Counted from the stretch's first letter, positions 27,121 to 41,338 are shown. The stretch: DNA of 64,000 nucleotides from Geosiphon pyriformis uo1 (GCA_016748015.1 JAAOMT010000512.1:62001-126000); one strand, 5' to 3'. Numbers and translations: made by a program. The notes: generated by a model from the sequence alone, not told the origin.

Positions 27121-28503
27121 TTAATTGGACATGTTGTTGTCAATGATAATTATTGGTTCTAGATCTCATGGAATCTTATCTGGTTGGACTAGTATTTTCT
27201 GTACTTCCAATTGTGAAATATTATTAGTAGATTCTGATACTATCTGGTGATATGGTTTCAGTCGATTATTATGTACTGCTTTGGCTAAGATTCTGTTGTC
27301 CAGTCTTAATTTGTAAGCTCTATTTTCTAGAATTTCTTCTATGTAAAATGGTCCATCCCATTTGGGATCGAATTTTCCACTCCATTGTTTTTCTGCTTTG
27401 GTATGATGTAGTAATACTTTGTCTCCAATCTTGAATTCAACTGGTTTGTCTGGTAGTTAACTATCGTGTCTTTCTTTCTGTTTTTTTTGTGACTTTTGAA
27501 TATTATCAGCTGTTTTTTTTCGTTTGTTTTCTAATGTTTCTATTAAGTTATATGTTCTTCTTAGCAATGTTTCTTGAAAATTTTCTTCTGTTATTGGTTC
27601 AGCTGAATATGTATTAATTTTTCTCTTTACTGGTAATGTTGCTGTTCTCCCATACACTAATTCAAATGGTGTTGCTTGTGTAGTATCTTGTTTCATTGTC
27701 TGATAAGCAAATAGTACTGATAGTATGAACAAATCCCAATTGTTCTGGTTTTCTTGGCTGAGCTTAGCTATTGCTTCACACAATGTTCTATTGAATCTTT
27801 CAACTAATCCATTGGTTTGTGGATGGTATGATAATAATAATGGTCTCTTAATTCCAAATCTTTGGCTCAATTCTGTTAATGTTTTGTTCACAAAATGAGT
27901 TCTTTGGTCTGATAATAATTCTTTTGGACATCTATGTTGACAAATTAAATCTTGATGAATAAATTTGGCAACGGATTCTGCATCTGCTCTTTGAATTGCT
28001 TTTGCTTCTGGCTATTTTGTAAGGTAGTCCATGGCTACTACTATATATCTGTTGCCTCTGCTGGTAATTGTCAATGGTCTGACTAAATTGATTCCAATGC
28101 AGTCAAATGGTTGTCCCACTTTGATTGGTCTTAATAGTTCACTGGGTCTTGTTTCTCTTTTTTGCTGACAAGCATCACAATTTTGAACATATTGAATGAT
28201 GTCTGGGTATATTGATGGCCAATAGTATCTCTTTCTGGTTCTTTCCATGGTTGCTTCTTTGTGAAAATGTCCTGCTGTTGGATTTGAGTACATGTTAAAT
28301 AATATGGTCTCTTTTTTTGGCTCTGTAATTACTCTGGTTGGTTGATTTGGATCCCTTCTATTTTTCCAATAAAGTATATTTTGGTGAGTAATAAAATATT
28401 TTGATTGTTGTTTGATACTCTTTCATTCCATTTGAGATAAATTCTCCTTGAACTGTTGAGTGGTTATATAATGTTAAAGTTGTTAATATTTTTGTATGTT
28501 CAT
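27121..28503 (-). pseudogene. A2 integrase as a separate ORF
   Basis: Starts MNIQKY. ORFs 28012-28293 (GH...YYWP...CDACQ zinc finger) and 27457-27891 (YHPQTNGLVERFNRTL). Confidence 0.92.
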
Positions 28504-28568
28504 CTTTTGTTGTATTTTTCGTTGGTATTGTTCTGGTTTTTGTTATATTTTTGGGTTTTGAAATGTTT

Positions 28569-31500
28569 TTAGATTTGTTTTATTCGTGACAAACTATTAA
28601 CATTTCCATTGTTTTTTCTTTTCTTATAGTGTATAGTATAAGTATATCATGAGAGTGCCATTTTCTATTTGGATTGGTAGTCATCATCACATTCTTGCTT
28701 TTGAAGTGATGTTAATCTTTTATGATCTATGTATATATCAAATTTTTAGCTCAAGTATTCGTTCCACTTCATAACTGCCCAATAGATTGCTAAGTGTTCT
28801 TGTTCTGGTGTTCCATAGTTCTTTTCAGCTGGTGTTAGACTTTGGCTGGTATATGCTACTGGATGTTCTCTGCCGTCTGGTTCTCTTTGAAATAGTACTG
28901 CTCCCAATGCTTGGCTGGATGCATCGGTGGTAATGATGAATAGTTTGCTGTGATCTGGATAGATCAGTACTGGAGCTTGGATGAGCTTTCTTTTTAGAAT
29001 ATCAAAAGCTTTTTGTTGACTTTTTGTCTATTTATATTTTGTATTTTTGTTTTACAATTGGTTAAGTGGCTGTGCTTTTTTGGATAAGTTCTTGATAAAA
29101 CATCAATAGTAGCTGGTGAATCCCAAGAATGATTTCAGTTCTGTCATATTAGTCAGCACTGGAAAGTTCTTTACTATCTCTATTTTCTCTGGATCCGTTT
29201 TGATGCTGTCTTTGCTGACTATGTGTCCCAAGAATTTTAGTTCTGTCTTGTCAAAAAAGCACTTTGTTGCATTTAACTTTAGTCCTGCTCTTCTTAGTCT
29301 TTCGAACACTTGTTGAAGATGATGAAGATGATCATCAAATGTTTTTGAGAATACATTGGTGTCATCCAAGTATACAACTACTGATTTCCACAATAAGCCA
29401 GTATAAACGATTTTCATTAGCTGTTGGAAAGTGGCTGGAGCATTGGTTAAGCCAAATGGCATAACTTCAAACTCAAAGTTTCCCTCTCTTGTGGTGAATG
29501 GTGTTTTTTTTTTGTCGGCTGGATCCATGGCTACTTGCCAGTAACCACTATCTAAGTCTAATGTTGAGAACCATTTGTTTCCACCAAAAGCATCGAATAG
29601 TTCTTGTATCTGTGGAGTTGGATAGCTGTTTTCATGAGTTATACTATTTAGTTTCCTGTTGTCCACACAAAATCAGATCTTTCTATTCTTCTTCTGGACA
29701 AGTACTACTGATGATGACCATAGGCTTATTGATAGCTGAATTAACCTATTGTCAAGCATTTGGTTAATCTCTTGACAGATGATTCTATGGCTGGCTAGTG
29801 GTACTCTGTATGCTTGCTGTTTGATTGGCATTACATCTCCAATCTTGATTTGATGTTGGATGATATCAGTTCTGCCAAATTCATTTTCACTGGCAAAGAT
29901 GTCATTGAAATTATTGAGTAATATCTTGAGCTGCATATGTTGTAGTGGATCTAGATTTCTCATGTTTATTTGTTCTAATTGTTCTGGTTGGAGCAAATAA
30001 CATTCATTTCGTCCATAGATTGTTTGTGATGTAATGTCAACATATCCACAAAGTTGTGGAAAGTCTGGAATGGGGTTTGGTGGTTGATCCTCTATTTCAG
30101 TGTTTAAGTATCCAATGGTGGTTCCGGCTGGTATTACTATAACATTTTCTGTGTTGTTGTAGATGGGAATTTTGATGTGACTATAATCTTTGACTGATAT
30201 GTGGAAATTGATGAGTCTAACCTCTCCTGATTCGCAAAGTGTTGGTTCTGCTTCAAAAATCTGATTTTGTTCTTTTTCCTTCCTTTCTATTGCTAGCATA
30301 TACTGGCTATATGGTGGAATGGAAATAGCTTGACCGGTTGAGATAATTTCTCCTTGGCCAACAATCTTTTCCTCTGCCATATTAACTGGTACATCTATTC
30401 TACCCATTGATCCAAATTCTTGTATTTCTCTTGTTGTTATCCCTAATTCCTCCTTTGTTCTCACTAACACTAAGCTAGCTACTTTGACTAGTGGCAGGAA
30501 TATTGCCTGTGCTATCTTTTCATTTGGCTCAATGGTATAAGCCTTTTCTGAGTCATTTTATAGCATGGCACTGATATTTCCTGTATATTCTGCATCCACT
30601 ATTCCCCCTCTAATGTTAATCCTTTTTTTTGCTAAGCTACTTCTAGATGCTAGTAGAACCATAGTTGTTGTTGGGATCTCTAAAGCTATTCTCAGATCAA
30701 TGCATACTCTCGCGTTTGGTTCCAATTTAATGGCATTTTTTTCTGGATATCTTAGATCAAATCCAGCATCAGTATCATGCACATGTTCTGGCATAATACC
30801 TTCGCCATTGTCACTATACCATTTCAACTCCTGTTCTTTGGAGAGATCTGGTAGGACAATGTATTGTTCATAGTTAGGATTAGAGTTTGCATCGTTGACA
30901 TTTTTGTTGCCACATTGTGTGGAACTGGAACTGGTGTTTTCATCATCATTGTTGTCAGAGTTTGAATTGGGATTGTAAACTAATTCCGATTCCGATGTAC
31001 AGCTGTTGATTGGTTTCTCTTCTTCAGGGATTGTGTAGATCATACATGGTGGTGAATTGTAAATGAGGTCACATGGAATTAAACAGTGGTTACATAACCT
31101 GGTGTTTATTTTTTCTAAGCATTGCTCCTGTTCCTCCCTTGTGGGTGCTAATTCCTGGTAATGTTCATGGAATTGCTCCAGATCTAGAAGATTTATGACT
31201 GGTTCTGGGTCCCAGTCAAGTTCTATGGGCTCTGGAGGATTGTTCTTGATTTTTCTGATCTCTTTGGGTGTTGTTTCTTTTATTTTGGTGATTGTTATTC
31301 TCCAAATTTTATTGTCGTCATGTGGACAACTGTCCAGTCACTGCATGGCTCTTCTCCAGGCTGCTTTTATTAGGGTTTCTTTCCTTACTCAGTCACTTAT
31401 TAGAATCATGTATTGACATGACATATCACATGTTCTTCCATGTCTTGGAATGTCGTTCCACATCCCTTCATCTAGCAGGGTCTCCCCACAAGCAAAACAA

Positions 31501-34500
31501 AGTTGGTTATCCCATTTTTTTTGTCTCTTTGGTCGTCCAAAGTGTTTGAGTAAGCATGGACAACAGTAGAACTTTGTTGCAGTGTGGTATTCCTCATTGT
31601 TGCCACAGCATGCACCTATTGACGACAGTTTCTTGCCGCAATTGACGCATACAAGCCTTGGCCATCGATAATTGGATTGTTGTAGAGTGTGGTGGGTGTA
31701 AGAATTATAAATAGTGACAGTTGGTGGCGTTCCTTTTTCCTTTTCTTTTCTTTTTCCCTTAGGTCCAAGTCAGATTGTTGGTTTCTTAAGTAAGTTCATT
31801 TGTTTGCTTTCCTTTCCTGTTGTCATCTCAAAAGAGTATTGGTGGTACCTCATTGTGCTCTTCATCAGCCCACGACACTTGGTAGACTTCCCAGATAGGT
31901 TTTGGTTTCTCTTCCTTGAAGTTGATTAGTGGTGCCATGGTGTTGGTAGCCTTGAAGTGGCTACACATTGTTAGTACTCACATGTGTTGTCTGTTCTGGC
32001 TGAGTTGAAGCTCTTATGTATTCCAGTCCAGAGTGGTGTTCATCTTAGACAGCCAGTTATTACCAACTAAAGCTTGGTATTGGGTGGCTTTTATGACGAG
32101 TACTTTGATTAGTACTATGATGCTATTAATTTTGATTAGTAAGTCATTGATTTTGCCAATTGGAGTCTTGGTTACTCCATCAGCCATGATGATTCTAGCA
32201 CTAGCAGCTCAATCAACTCGGTGATCTAATTGATCCATGAGTTGTTATGTGATGATGCTGCCTGCTGAACCACTGTCAAGAATTAGTTTGATGGGATGGC
32301 CATCAATTTTCACATCAGTGTACATGGCGGTAATTGGCTTTTCTTCTAGTGTGGTTCCACTGAATAATGACATGGTTGACGGTTTCTCGAGTTTGAATGA
32401 AAAAATGACATCCAGAGATTTGTCTTTCATGATTGTGGCAGGTGGAATGTTGCTGATAAGTATTTGTTTAAGTTCTTGGTTGTTGGGTGTGGCATTTTCT
32501 GGAGTAACCAAGAGACTTAAATAGTTTTGGGAATTCGGGTTTTGGGTGGCGCCTGTACCCAAATTCCGAGAATGGGGTCCTGAGCTTTGGTAAGAGAAGC
32601 TGGAGATCAATTAATGAACAACTATCGCCGATCTCCAATTTTGAGCAATTCTGGGTCTCGGGTTTCTTGATGTTATTATAGCTGAGTTTTGGAGTGATGT
32701 TTGAATTGATGGTTGAGACTGATAAATTATTTGGGGCTGTGGCTGATAAATTACTGGAGGCTGCTGTTGATAAATTGCTGGTGGCTGTGGTTAATAAACT
32801 GGAGGTTAATATACTAGTGGTTGATAGATTGGTTGCTGTGTTCTTGGCAGGTAAGTATTTTGATATTGGTTTTGATCTTGATTTGAATAATAATTTGGAG
32901 TTTAGAACTGGCAATCAGGGTTTTTGTATTGATTTCCCAATCATTGATTGCTATAAGTATGGCAATTAACTCGAATATGGCCTTGTTTACCACAGTTGTG
33001 GCAGACACGCATTTTTGGTTGCCACAGCAGACTAGGTGCTGTTGAGGATGATAGATGTGATTGATTTTGGAAACAATTCACGTTTTCTGAATTATTGCAT
33101 CATTGTGGTGGTTAATATATGGCGTGATTGTCAGCTAAGTATCCCTCTAATTTCTGATTAATTGTTTCGCTGAATTGTTTTAATTTGGAATCCAATTTAG
33201 ATGATCCATTCATTACTAGGTTTACTGCTTGAGTGTGGTTGGCTTTTAACTCAGCTGCTTCAAAATCTCTGGCATGTGTAACTGTGGTAGAGAGGTCAAC
33301 TGGATGCATTGGGTGTACTCGCTAGAGGAGGTTACTGCGCAAACCTCTAATAAATTGGTTCAAAATCTGTGGCACTGTAAAATAGTCAGCTTGAATTGCT
33401 TGGATCTGGCACAGATTTCTATGGAAGCGTTCCAAATAAATAGTAATTGCTTCAGTATCTCCTTGTTTGATGGTGGTAAAGAGGTTGGCTAACTTGTTGA
33501 TGCTCTTATTGTTGCTGAAATATCTTACAAATTCCATCTTGAAGTCATTGAAGGTTTGGGGTTTGACAACTAGACTTTGATACCATGCATCTGCAGTATT
33601 CTTTAGAAAGTATGGAATGGCTTGAAGTGCTTGGGCATTATTTCATCCGTTCGCAGTAATTGCTTTTTCTATGTCATTCAGCTATACTTGCACATCGTTT
33701 TTTTCACTGGTAAAGTTGTCAAGTTTTGCAATTGGTACATAGGCCATTGGATCTAAATTGGGTTGTTGTGGTGGCTGTTAAAGCAGTTGTTGTTGTACTG
33801 GTTGTTGATGTGGTAGTTGAAATGGCTGTTGTATGAGTTTGGCTACTGGATTAATTGGCAGTTGATTAATAATGATTACTGGAGGTAAGTTTTGCTGATT
33901 AATTAATTTGGGGTTTGGATTGTTCTACCTTTGATGATTCGGAGTTTTGATTTCTGAATTTTCTAGATTTAGATTTTGCTGAGCTTAAAGATTTGGGGTT
34001 TCAACTTCTAGGTTTTCAGTGATCAGGTTTTGGTAAGTAAATTCTTGATCTTCTGATTTTTTTTCCTTTTTTTCTTCAGATAGTTCTCACGGGGTAGCAG
34101 TTCCAAAGTCCAGTTAAGGTGGCGATGATCAAATTCCTGATGGAGTTGGTGATCACAATTTAAATCCCTCAAAATATTTGCCATATGGTTCTAATGGATC
34201 TGTTTTTCTTTGTTTACTTTGGAATGGAAATTGTCTGAATGTTGATATCACATTTGATGTGGACACATTTGCTGATGTTATATTGATGGCGCTTTCTGGT
34301 GTGTAGTAATAGGATGAGACAGTTGGTGATTCAACTCTTGTTTTCTTCCAAGTGGATGATTGTATCTTTTTGGGTGTTACCACTGGTGTTTGTAGTTTTT
34401 CTTTGTCTTTACTGGCGTAAGTAATTGGATATCTTTGTTGGGTGTGATGTTCAATTTCTTTGTTGATCTCAGTAATGATGGAGGCAAAATTGTGATTTGT

Positions 34501-34725
34501 TGGCAGGTTGGTATTTTGAATTAATTCTTTGTAGAAAGTTTCCCTGGCTGATTCAGTATTCACTGGTGTTCCTAACAAAGAGGAAATCTTTTTATTGACG
34601 TAGAAATTAAAGGCTGATTCGGCAAATATATGATTGTGGTTTAATTCCAAGTGTTGACAATAGTGTTGAAATAAGGATTTCGCAAATCCTAAATGGTTTG
34701 CTCCTATGTTTTCTGATTCTGCCAC
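28569..34725 (-). pseudogene. A2 gag-PR-Cys-rich domain-dUTPase-RT-RNaseH polyprotein gene, disrupted
   Basis: Protease LILDSGSAG (32245-32610), dUTPase DAGFDL/ASRSSLA/GGIVDAEY (30558-31043), RT MPFGLTNAPATF/YLDD (29103-29666). Confidence 0.95.
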
Positions 34726-34787
34726 TTTTGGTTTGGTGTTGTCAGTGCTGGTTCTTTGTAGGATTATACCTTACAAAAAGCACCAAA

Positions 34788-35640
34788 TGTTATAGTTGAA
34801 TCTTTTGGGTCTCAAATCAACTAACAAACTTGTAACTTGGTGCTCAAAACTACTCATGTTGTTGATAATATCTTTAAATGGTTGGTATCTGAAGGTTTTC
34901 CAAATGAGTTCTTTGTATAATGGACAGAGATTCAATAGTTGTTTTATCCGTAGCTTTCCAGACTTGCAAGTCTGTCAATTTTTTTCTTGGCTTGGTGGCC
35001 AGCAATCCTCTGGTAAGTAATCTGTATCTTCTGTACATGTCCTACTTTTTCGCAGGGGTCTTTTACCAGGCAATCTTTGATGTCAGTAATTAGTGCTTTC
35101 AATTAATTAGTTAGTGCACAATAACAAAATCACAGAAAATAAAGAAAATAAAGAAATCTAAAGAAATAAGCCAAGGCAATTTGCAGATTAGTATCCTGTC
35201 AATAGCCATGATCAAGAGCTATTGTTTCAGTGTAGTTAAGTATCAATTACTATCAACATGAAGTGTTGATAGTGGAGAGTGGATTGAGATATGAAATAAT
35301 TATTTATTTGATGATTGGGTTTCTAGGCTAAGGATTCTGTGGTATTAATTCCATTTTTTCTGTTTCTAATACTACTGCTATATATACATATTTGAGATTC
35401 CTCAATTCCTTAATTTCTTGTGACAGGAATTCTGGAATTCCTGGAATCTTGCAATTCCTAATGAGAAGAATTCTGGAATTCTGGAATCCTGTAATTTCTC
35501 ATTGGGGAATTCTGAAATTCTTGGAATCCTGTAATTCTTCTGAGAAGAATCCTGAAATTTCACATTTACTACATCTACCTCTGATTGGCTAATATCTACT
35601 GACTAATAATACTATATTTTTCTATATTCTATGAGTAACA
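34788..35640 (-). repeat. A2 5' LTR (853 bp)
   Basis: TGTTA...TAACA termini; PBS adjacent at ~34774-34785. Confidence 0.95.
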
Positions 35641-35644
35641 ACGT

Positions 35645-36125
35645 GCTATATTAATGAATTAAAGAACAACAGAAAGTTTTTAACACTCTCAAAACAAAAT
35701 TAACAACAGCTCTAATTCTTGCTTACCCAAACTTCAACAAACAGTTTCAACTAGCCACTAATGTTTTACACACAGCATTTGGTACTATCCTATCACAATT
35801 AGATGAAAATGACCAGGAGCAAGTCATTGTTTATACTAGTAGAACACTTAAACCAACAGAACTCAAAAATAGCTCAACTGAATTAAAAACTGCCACAGTC
35901 ATTTGGGCTTTCAAACATTTTCAACAATACCTAAAAAATGAAAAAGAATTCAACATCATAACTGACAATATTGGCTTCAAATAGCTCAATAAAAAAAAAA
36001 TTGAACAAAATGCCAAACAGTCTTGATAGAATAATTTCTTAGCAGACTACAAATATATTGTACATCATAAACCAAAAAAACTACACACCAATGTTAACAG
36101 CCTTTTAAGAATAAGACAAGAATAA
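35645..36125 (+). pseudogene. B2 RNase H, end of polyprotein
   Basis: Colinear with B3 RH; ends RIRQE-TAA (36123-36125). Confidence 0.88.
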
Positions 36126-36182
36126 TACCAATCACAATTTCACCACAACTTACTAATTTACCAACAAAACAATTAAACAACA

Positions 36183-37566
36183 ATAAATTCCAAAAATTAC
36201 AACAACATTAAAAACTATTTAGAGACTTTTACCATGTCAGAAAATTGGTTTCCAAGTAAAAAACACCGATTACAATACCAATCAAAACAATATTTTATAC
36301 ACCACAACAAAATTTATTATAAAATTTGCAGAAATTTAAACCAACCACTTAAATTAGTACAAAAAAATGAAAAAAAAACAATTTTATATAACATCATACA
36401 GATCCTTCTTTAGCACACTTAAGAAGAGATAGAACAATTTAAAGAATCCTTAAACATTATTTTTTGGCCTCACATGCAAAAAAACAATCGACAATATATA
36501 GAATCCTGTAATAGTTGTCAAAGAAGAGAAGGAACTCACCCTACAGAACCTTTAAATCTAATCAAAGTTGGACAACTTTTTAACAGAGTTGGAATTGATT
36601 TAGTCGGACCATTACTTATTACAACTCAAGGAAATTGTTATATTACAGTTGCAGTAGATTATCTTACCAAATGGCCTGAAGTTAAAGCCATTCAAAAAGC
36701 AGATGCAAAATTAGTAGCAAATTTCATTTATAAAGACATTATTTGTAGACATGGATACCCAATTAAACTTTTATCTGATCAAGGAACACATTTTGTAAAC
36801 AACTTAATACAAAAAATTGTGAACAATTTAATATCAAAAACCTCTATTATTATCTTATTACCCCTAAACAAATGAATTTGTAGAATGTTTCAACAGAACA
36901 TTGTGTGAATTTTTAGCCAAAGTTTCAACAGATTTTGAGCAGAAATGGGATATCTTTATTCCATCAGTGTTATTAATATACAGAACATTAAAACAAGATA
37001 TTATAAAACACATACTATTTGATCTTACTTATGAAAGAACAGCAACATTACCAATTAATTTCACAGTAGAAACATACTCAATACAACCAATCAATGAAAA
37101 AAACTTTTAAGAAACACTTCAAAGAAGAGCCTACATTCTTCTTAATACATTAGAAGGAAAAAGACACATAGTAACCACTCATATTGAACACTTTCAAGTC
37201 TTACAAAAAGAAAGACATAACAACAAACTGCCACCAATTATTAATAAATTTAAAGTTAAAAATAAAGTTCTCTTATACAGAATTAAGGCTAAAAAACAAT
37301 GGAGTAGAAAATTTGAACATAAATAGGATAGACCATTTTATATTTACAAAATTCTAGGCAATAGATTATACAAGTTAAAACTTAATGACAAAGTATTAGC
37401 AAAATTTGCACATGGAGATCAATTAAAATACTATCATTTCAGAAACAATCCTAAACTATTAATTCCACAAATTGGTATATATTCCCCTTTAATTAATCCT
37501 GAAAATATTTTCCGAGATTTAGAATCAATAATTATAATAGAACAACAACCAAACTTGAACACTTAA
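36183..37566 (+). pseudogene. B2 integrase as a separate ORF
   Basis: ORFs 36474-36875 (CNSCQ, GIDLVGPL, DYLTKWPE, SDQGTHF) and 36901-37110. Confidence 0.9.
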
Positions 37567-37727
37567 TTTAATATTTTTTACAATAATTCTTTTAAATACA
37601 CAAAACATAAAACAAAAATAGTAAATAATTACAAGAAACATTCAAACCCAAAAACAAATAAAAACTCTATACCCAAAAATAATTTTCTTTATTCTTTTCA
37701 AATTTATTTATTAATTAGTATTTTGTC

Positions 37728-38431
37728 ATGATTATTCCTTGAAATATTTAACAAATATTCCAAAAATTAATGTTAGCCTTAAAAACACTTCTTGACTTAT
37801 CCATAATGATTAATGGAAGTCAAATTAATTACACACAAAAAGAAACCACAACACCAGTAGTAAACAATTTCCAGAATTATCACTCTTATAGAAAAACAAA
37901 AGATTACTCTGAAAATTAATTACCAGAACTTTTAAAACAAGCACTAAAAAAAAATCTTTTATTTGCTCCTATTAACATTTCACCAAATGCCACAATTCAA
38001 CAAAAACTTTTACAATTTTTAATAAACAAAACAATAAACATACTCTTATACATAAATATTTTTATATTGAAAAAACACTCTATAAACGAAAACTGGAACT
38101 TGCAGCAACCAACATCACCTCTGAAGCTATACAAAAACAAATTCACAATGAATTCAAGACAGCAGCTGGACCAACAAATATCCACTACAAACTTAGAACA
38201 GCATTTAGACTCTATGATTTATTCAACACTTGTGAAAACATCTTACAAAATTCAATACTTCATCCAATGAAGATTTAATATATTGAAAAGCTCACAAAAC
38301 TGAAATTTCAACAATTTTCAGACCAAATCACTTCAATTATTTTGGACCACTATCTTGACATCACAGATAGTGCTTGAACTTTGACAGAGCTCAGTCTTGA
38401 GGAGAAGATTATGTTATCAATAGAATTTTAG
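37728..38431 (+). pseudogene. B2 accessory ORF3
   Basis: ATGATTATTCCT start; colinear with B3 11473-12179. Confidence 0.8.
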
Positions 38432-39374
38432 CTATTAATTAGCATGAAATTACTCTTATAATTCCTATTATTAATTAGCATATATTATTATTATTTCAAT
38501 TATTACTTATTATTTAATCAAATTATCAAATATTATTACTCAATCAATAATCCGATTTGTATCATAAAAATTAAGATAATCAAATTACACAATACCCTAA
38601 ACCATTTAATATAGTCAAAATTTGCCGAAATTAATGAAAATTGGCCGAAATAATCAATAGTTCAATAAAATAACTTGTAGTTTGCCGAAATGTATCCTTA
38701 ATTCACCAAAATTAGAGCAAAGAGAAAAGTGCAAGTTTAAAGATTAGTATTATAACAAGTTTTATAAAAAAAAAGCTTCTCTTTTCAAAAAAATGTATCT
38801 TTTCATAGTATCTTATTTTAAATATCTTAATTAGAACAAATCATCTTTTACATATCTTAAATAAAAATTAAATATTCAAAAACCAAATCCTTCAAATTAT
38901 TATACTTGAAATTCTCTCAAACACAACTAATATTTTGAAATTGATTAGCTACCAATTTCAGTAATCTGTTAGTAATTCCAGGCCTGGATAGAGAACATTT
39001 TTCTTGATAAAATTTTATTTCTTTTACATTTCTTTTATTTTTCTTTTATTTTCTTATCATAATCATTAGGGTAACCTACAGACAAAATTCCTGTAGAAAA
39101 GTTGACTTTTACAGCAAAGTAACTACATATTTTTAGTAAGCTTTCAGACAAACAATTTCTGGAAAAAAGTTAATGTTTACTACAACATAACTAAATAAAA
39201 TAACTGGTAAGAAATTGGCCATTCTACTTATAAGCCCAGTAGTTCAAATTATAGAAGATAATTTGAAGATAAAATTCAGTTATTGGAGGTTCAATTGCTT
39301 CTAGAAAACGTGAAATTAGCAACAGATAAACAGTAACAACATTCAAAAAAAGAGACCAAAAACCTCCAATAATA
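38412..39374 (+). repeat. B2 3' LTR (963 bp)
   Basis: PPT GAGGAGAAGA just upstream; direct repeat of 9562-10534. Confidence 0.93.
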
Positions 39375-39378
39375 TTGG

Positions 39379-40024
39379 CAAAACAGAATTGAAATTTCTA
39401 AAACATATTGTTAGCAAAAATGGTATTAAGACAAATTCAGACAAGATTAAAATTGTCAAAAACTTTCCAGTACCAAAAAATTTGATAAAACTATAAACAT
39501 TCTTAGAATTTGCTGAATATTACCAACACTTTATCCAAAACTTCTTCAAACTGGCTCAACCACTCCACTAGTTTCAAGCCAAGAATGTGAAATATGAATA
39601 GACTAAAGAACAACAAGAAAGCTTATCCAAGCACCAATATTAATTTATCTAGACCACAGCAAGCCATTTATTATTACTACTAATGTATCAAGTCAAACAT
39701 TGAAAGCAGTATTATTGCAGAGAGAACCAGATAGAAGAGAACATCCAGTAGCATATGCCAGCTAAAGTTTAAGTCCAGCTGAAAAAAACTATAGAACACT
39801 TAGCAATCTATTGAGCAGTCATAAAATGGAAAAAATATTTAAGCCAAAAATTCAACATATATACTGATTACAAAGGATTAACATTAACCCAGAAGCAAGA
39901 ATTTGGAGATAACCATCACATTAGATAGAAATTAGAACTATTATTATTTAAATATTCAGTACATTACAAAAAAGGAAAAAAAAACAGAAATGCCAATAGT
40001 TTGTTACAAATAAAACAAATCTAA
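39379..40024 (+). pseudogene. A1 RT end and RNase H
   Basis: KTELKFL..., HPVAYAS; ends IKQI-TAA (40022-40024). Confidence 0.88.
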
Positions 40025-40055
40025 GAACACTTTAATCCAAAAATATAACAAAAAT

Positions 40056-41338
40056 ATGAATATACAAAAATATTAACAACTCCAACACTATATTAATATC
40101 CAGCAGTTCAAAGAGAAATTATTTCAAAAGAAACAAAACACCATTAAACAACAATCAAAATATTTTATAACTTACTAAAATATACTATATTAGAAAACCA
40201 AAGAGGATCCAAATTAACCACTCAAAATAATCACAGAATTAGAAAAAAAAACAATACTATATAATATGTACTCAGATTCAACAGCAGGATATTTTCATAA
40301 AGAAACAACTATAAAAAAAACCAGAAAAAAATATTACTGGCCATTAATGTATTCAGATATCATTCAATATGTTCAAAATTGTGATGTTTGTCAAAGAAGA
40401 GGAGGAACAAAACTCAGTAAACCACTAAGACTAATTAAAGTGAAACAACTATTTGACAGAATTGAAATTGACTTAGTTAGACTATTAACAATAACCAGCA
40501 GAGATAATTGTTATATAACAGTAGCCATAGATTATTTTACAAAATGGCCAGAAACAAAAGCAATTTAAAGAGCAGATACAGAATTCATAGCCAAATTTAT
40601 TTATCAAGATCTAATTTGTCAACACAGATATTCAAAAAAATTACTATCAGATCAAGGAATGCATTTTGTAAACAAAATATTATCAAAATTAGGCCAAAGA
40701 TTTGGAATCAAAAAACTATTATTATTACCATAACATCTACAAACAAACAGTTTAGTAGAAAAATTCAACAGAACATTGTGTAAAGCAATTGCCAAAATCA
40801 GTTAAGAAAACCAAAATAAATAGGATTTGTTTATATCATCAGTATTATTTGCTTATTGAACAATGAAGCAGAATACTATACAAGCAACACCATTTAAATT
40901 TGTTATAGTAGAACAGCAACATTATCAGTTGAGATAAAAGTCAATACATATCCAATAAAACCAATAAACAAAGCCAATTTTCAAAAAACATTGCTAAGAA
41001 AAATGTACAAATTAATAGAAACATTAGAAAACAAAAGATGAAAAACAGCTAATAATATTCAAAAATCACAAAAAAAACAAAAAGAATGACATAATAACCA
41101 ATTATCAAACAAACCAGTTAAATTCAGGATTGGAAACAAAGTACTCTTACATCATACTAAAGTGGAAAAACAATGGGGTGGAAAATTTGACTCCAAATGA
41201 AACAGATTATTTCACATTGAAAAAATTCTAGGAAATAGAACTTATAAACTAAGATGGAACAACAAAATCTTAGCCAAAGCAACACATGATAATTGACTAA
41301 AACCAATTATAATCATTGATTCAAACACATTAAGTTGA
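40056..41338 (+). pseudogene. A1 integrase as a separate ORF
   Basis: Starts MNIQKY; ORF 40266-40568 (YYWP, CDVCQ, DYFTKWPE). Confidence 0.9.

Larger units (their letters stand above)
25570..35640 (-). mobile_element. Ty3/Gypsy LTR retrotransposon A2, uninterrupted (10.1 kb), inserted in the B2 RT/RH linker
   Basis: LTRs at 25570-26423 and 34788-35640. TSD ATGT (25566-25569) / ACGT (35641-35644). PBS TGGTGCTTTTTG and PPT AAAAGGAGGGAA on the minus strand. Confidence 0.96.
9562..39374 (+). mobile_element. Ty3/Gypsy LTR retrotransposon B2 inserted in A1 RT; interrupted by B3 and A2
   Basis: LTRs at 9562-10534 and 38412-39374. TSD TTGG (9558-9561 / 39375-39378). Removing it restores A1 RT KCFFG|KTELKFL. 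Confidence 0.94.

Noticed and set aside
34796-35020. Small ORF repeated at 25533-25802 and other ORFs inside LTRs
   Set aside because: They recur only because LTRs are duplicated; not conserved in A1 or A3 LTRs; no recognisable motifs
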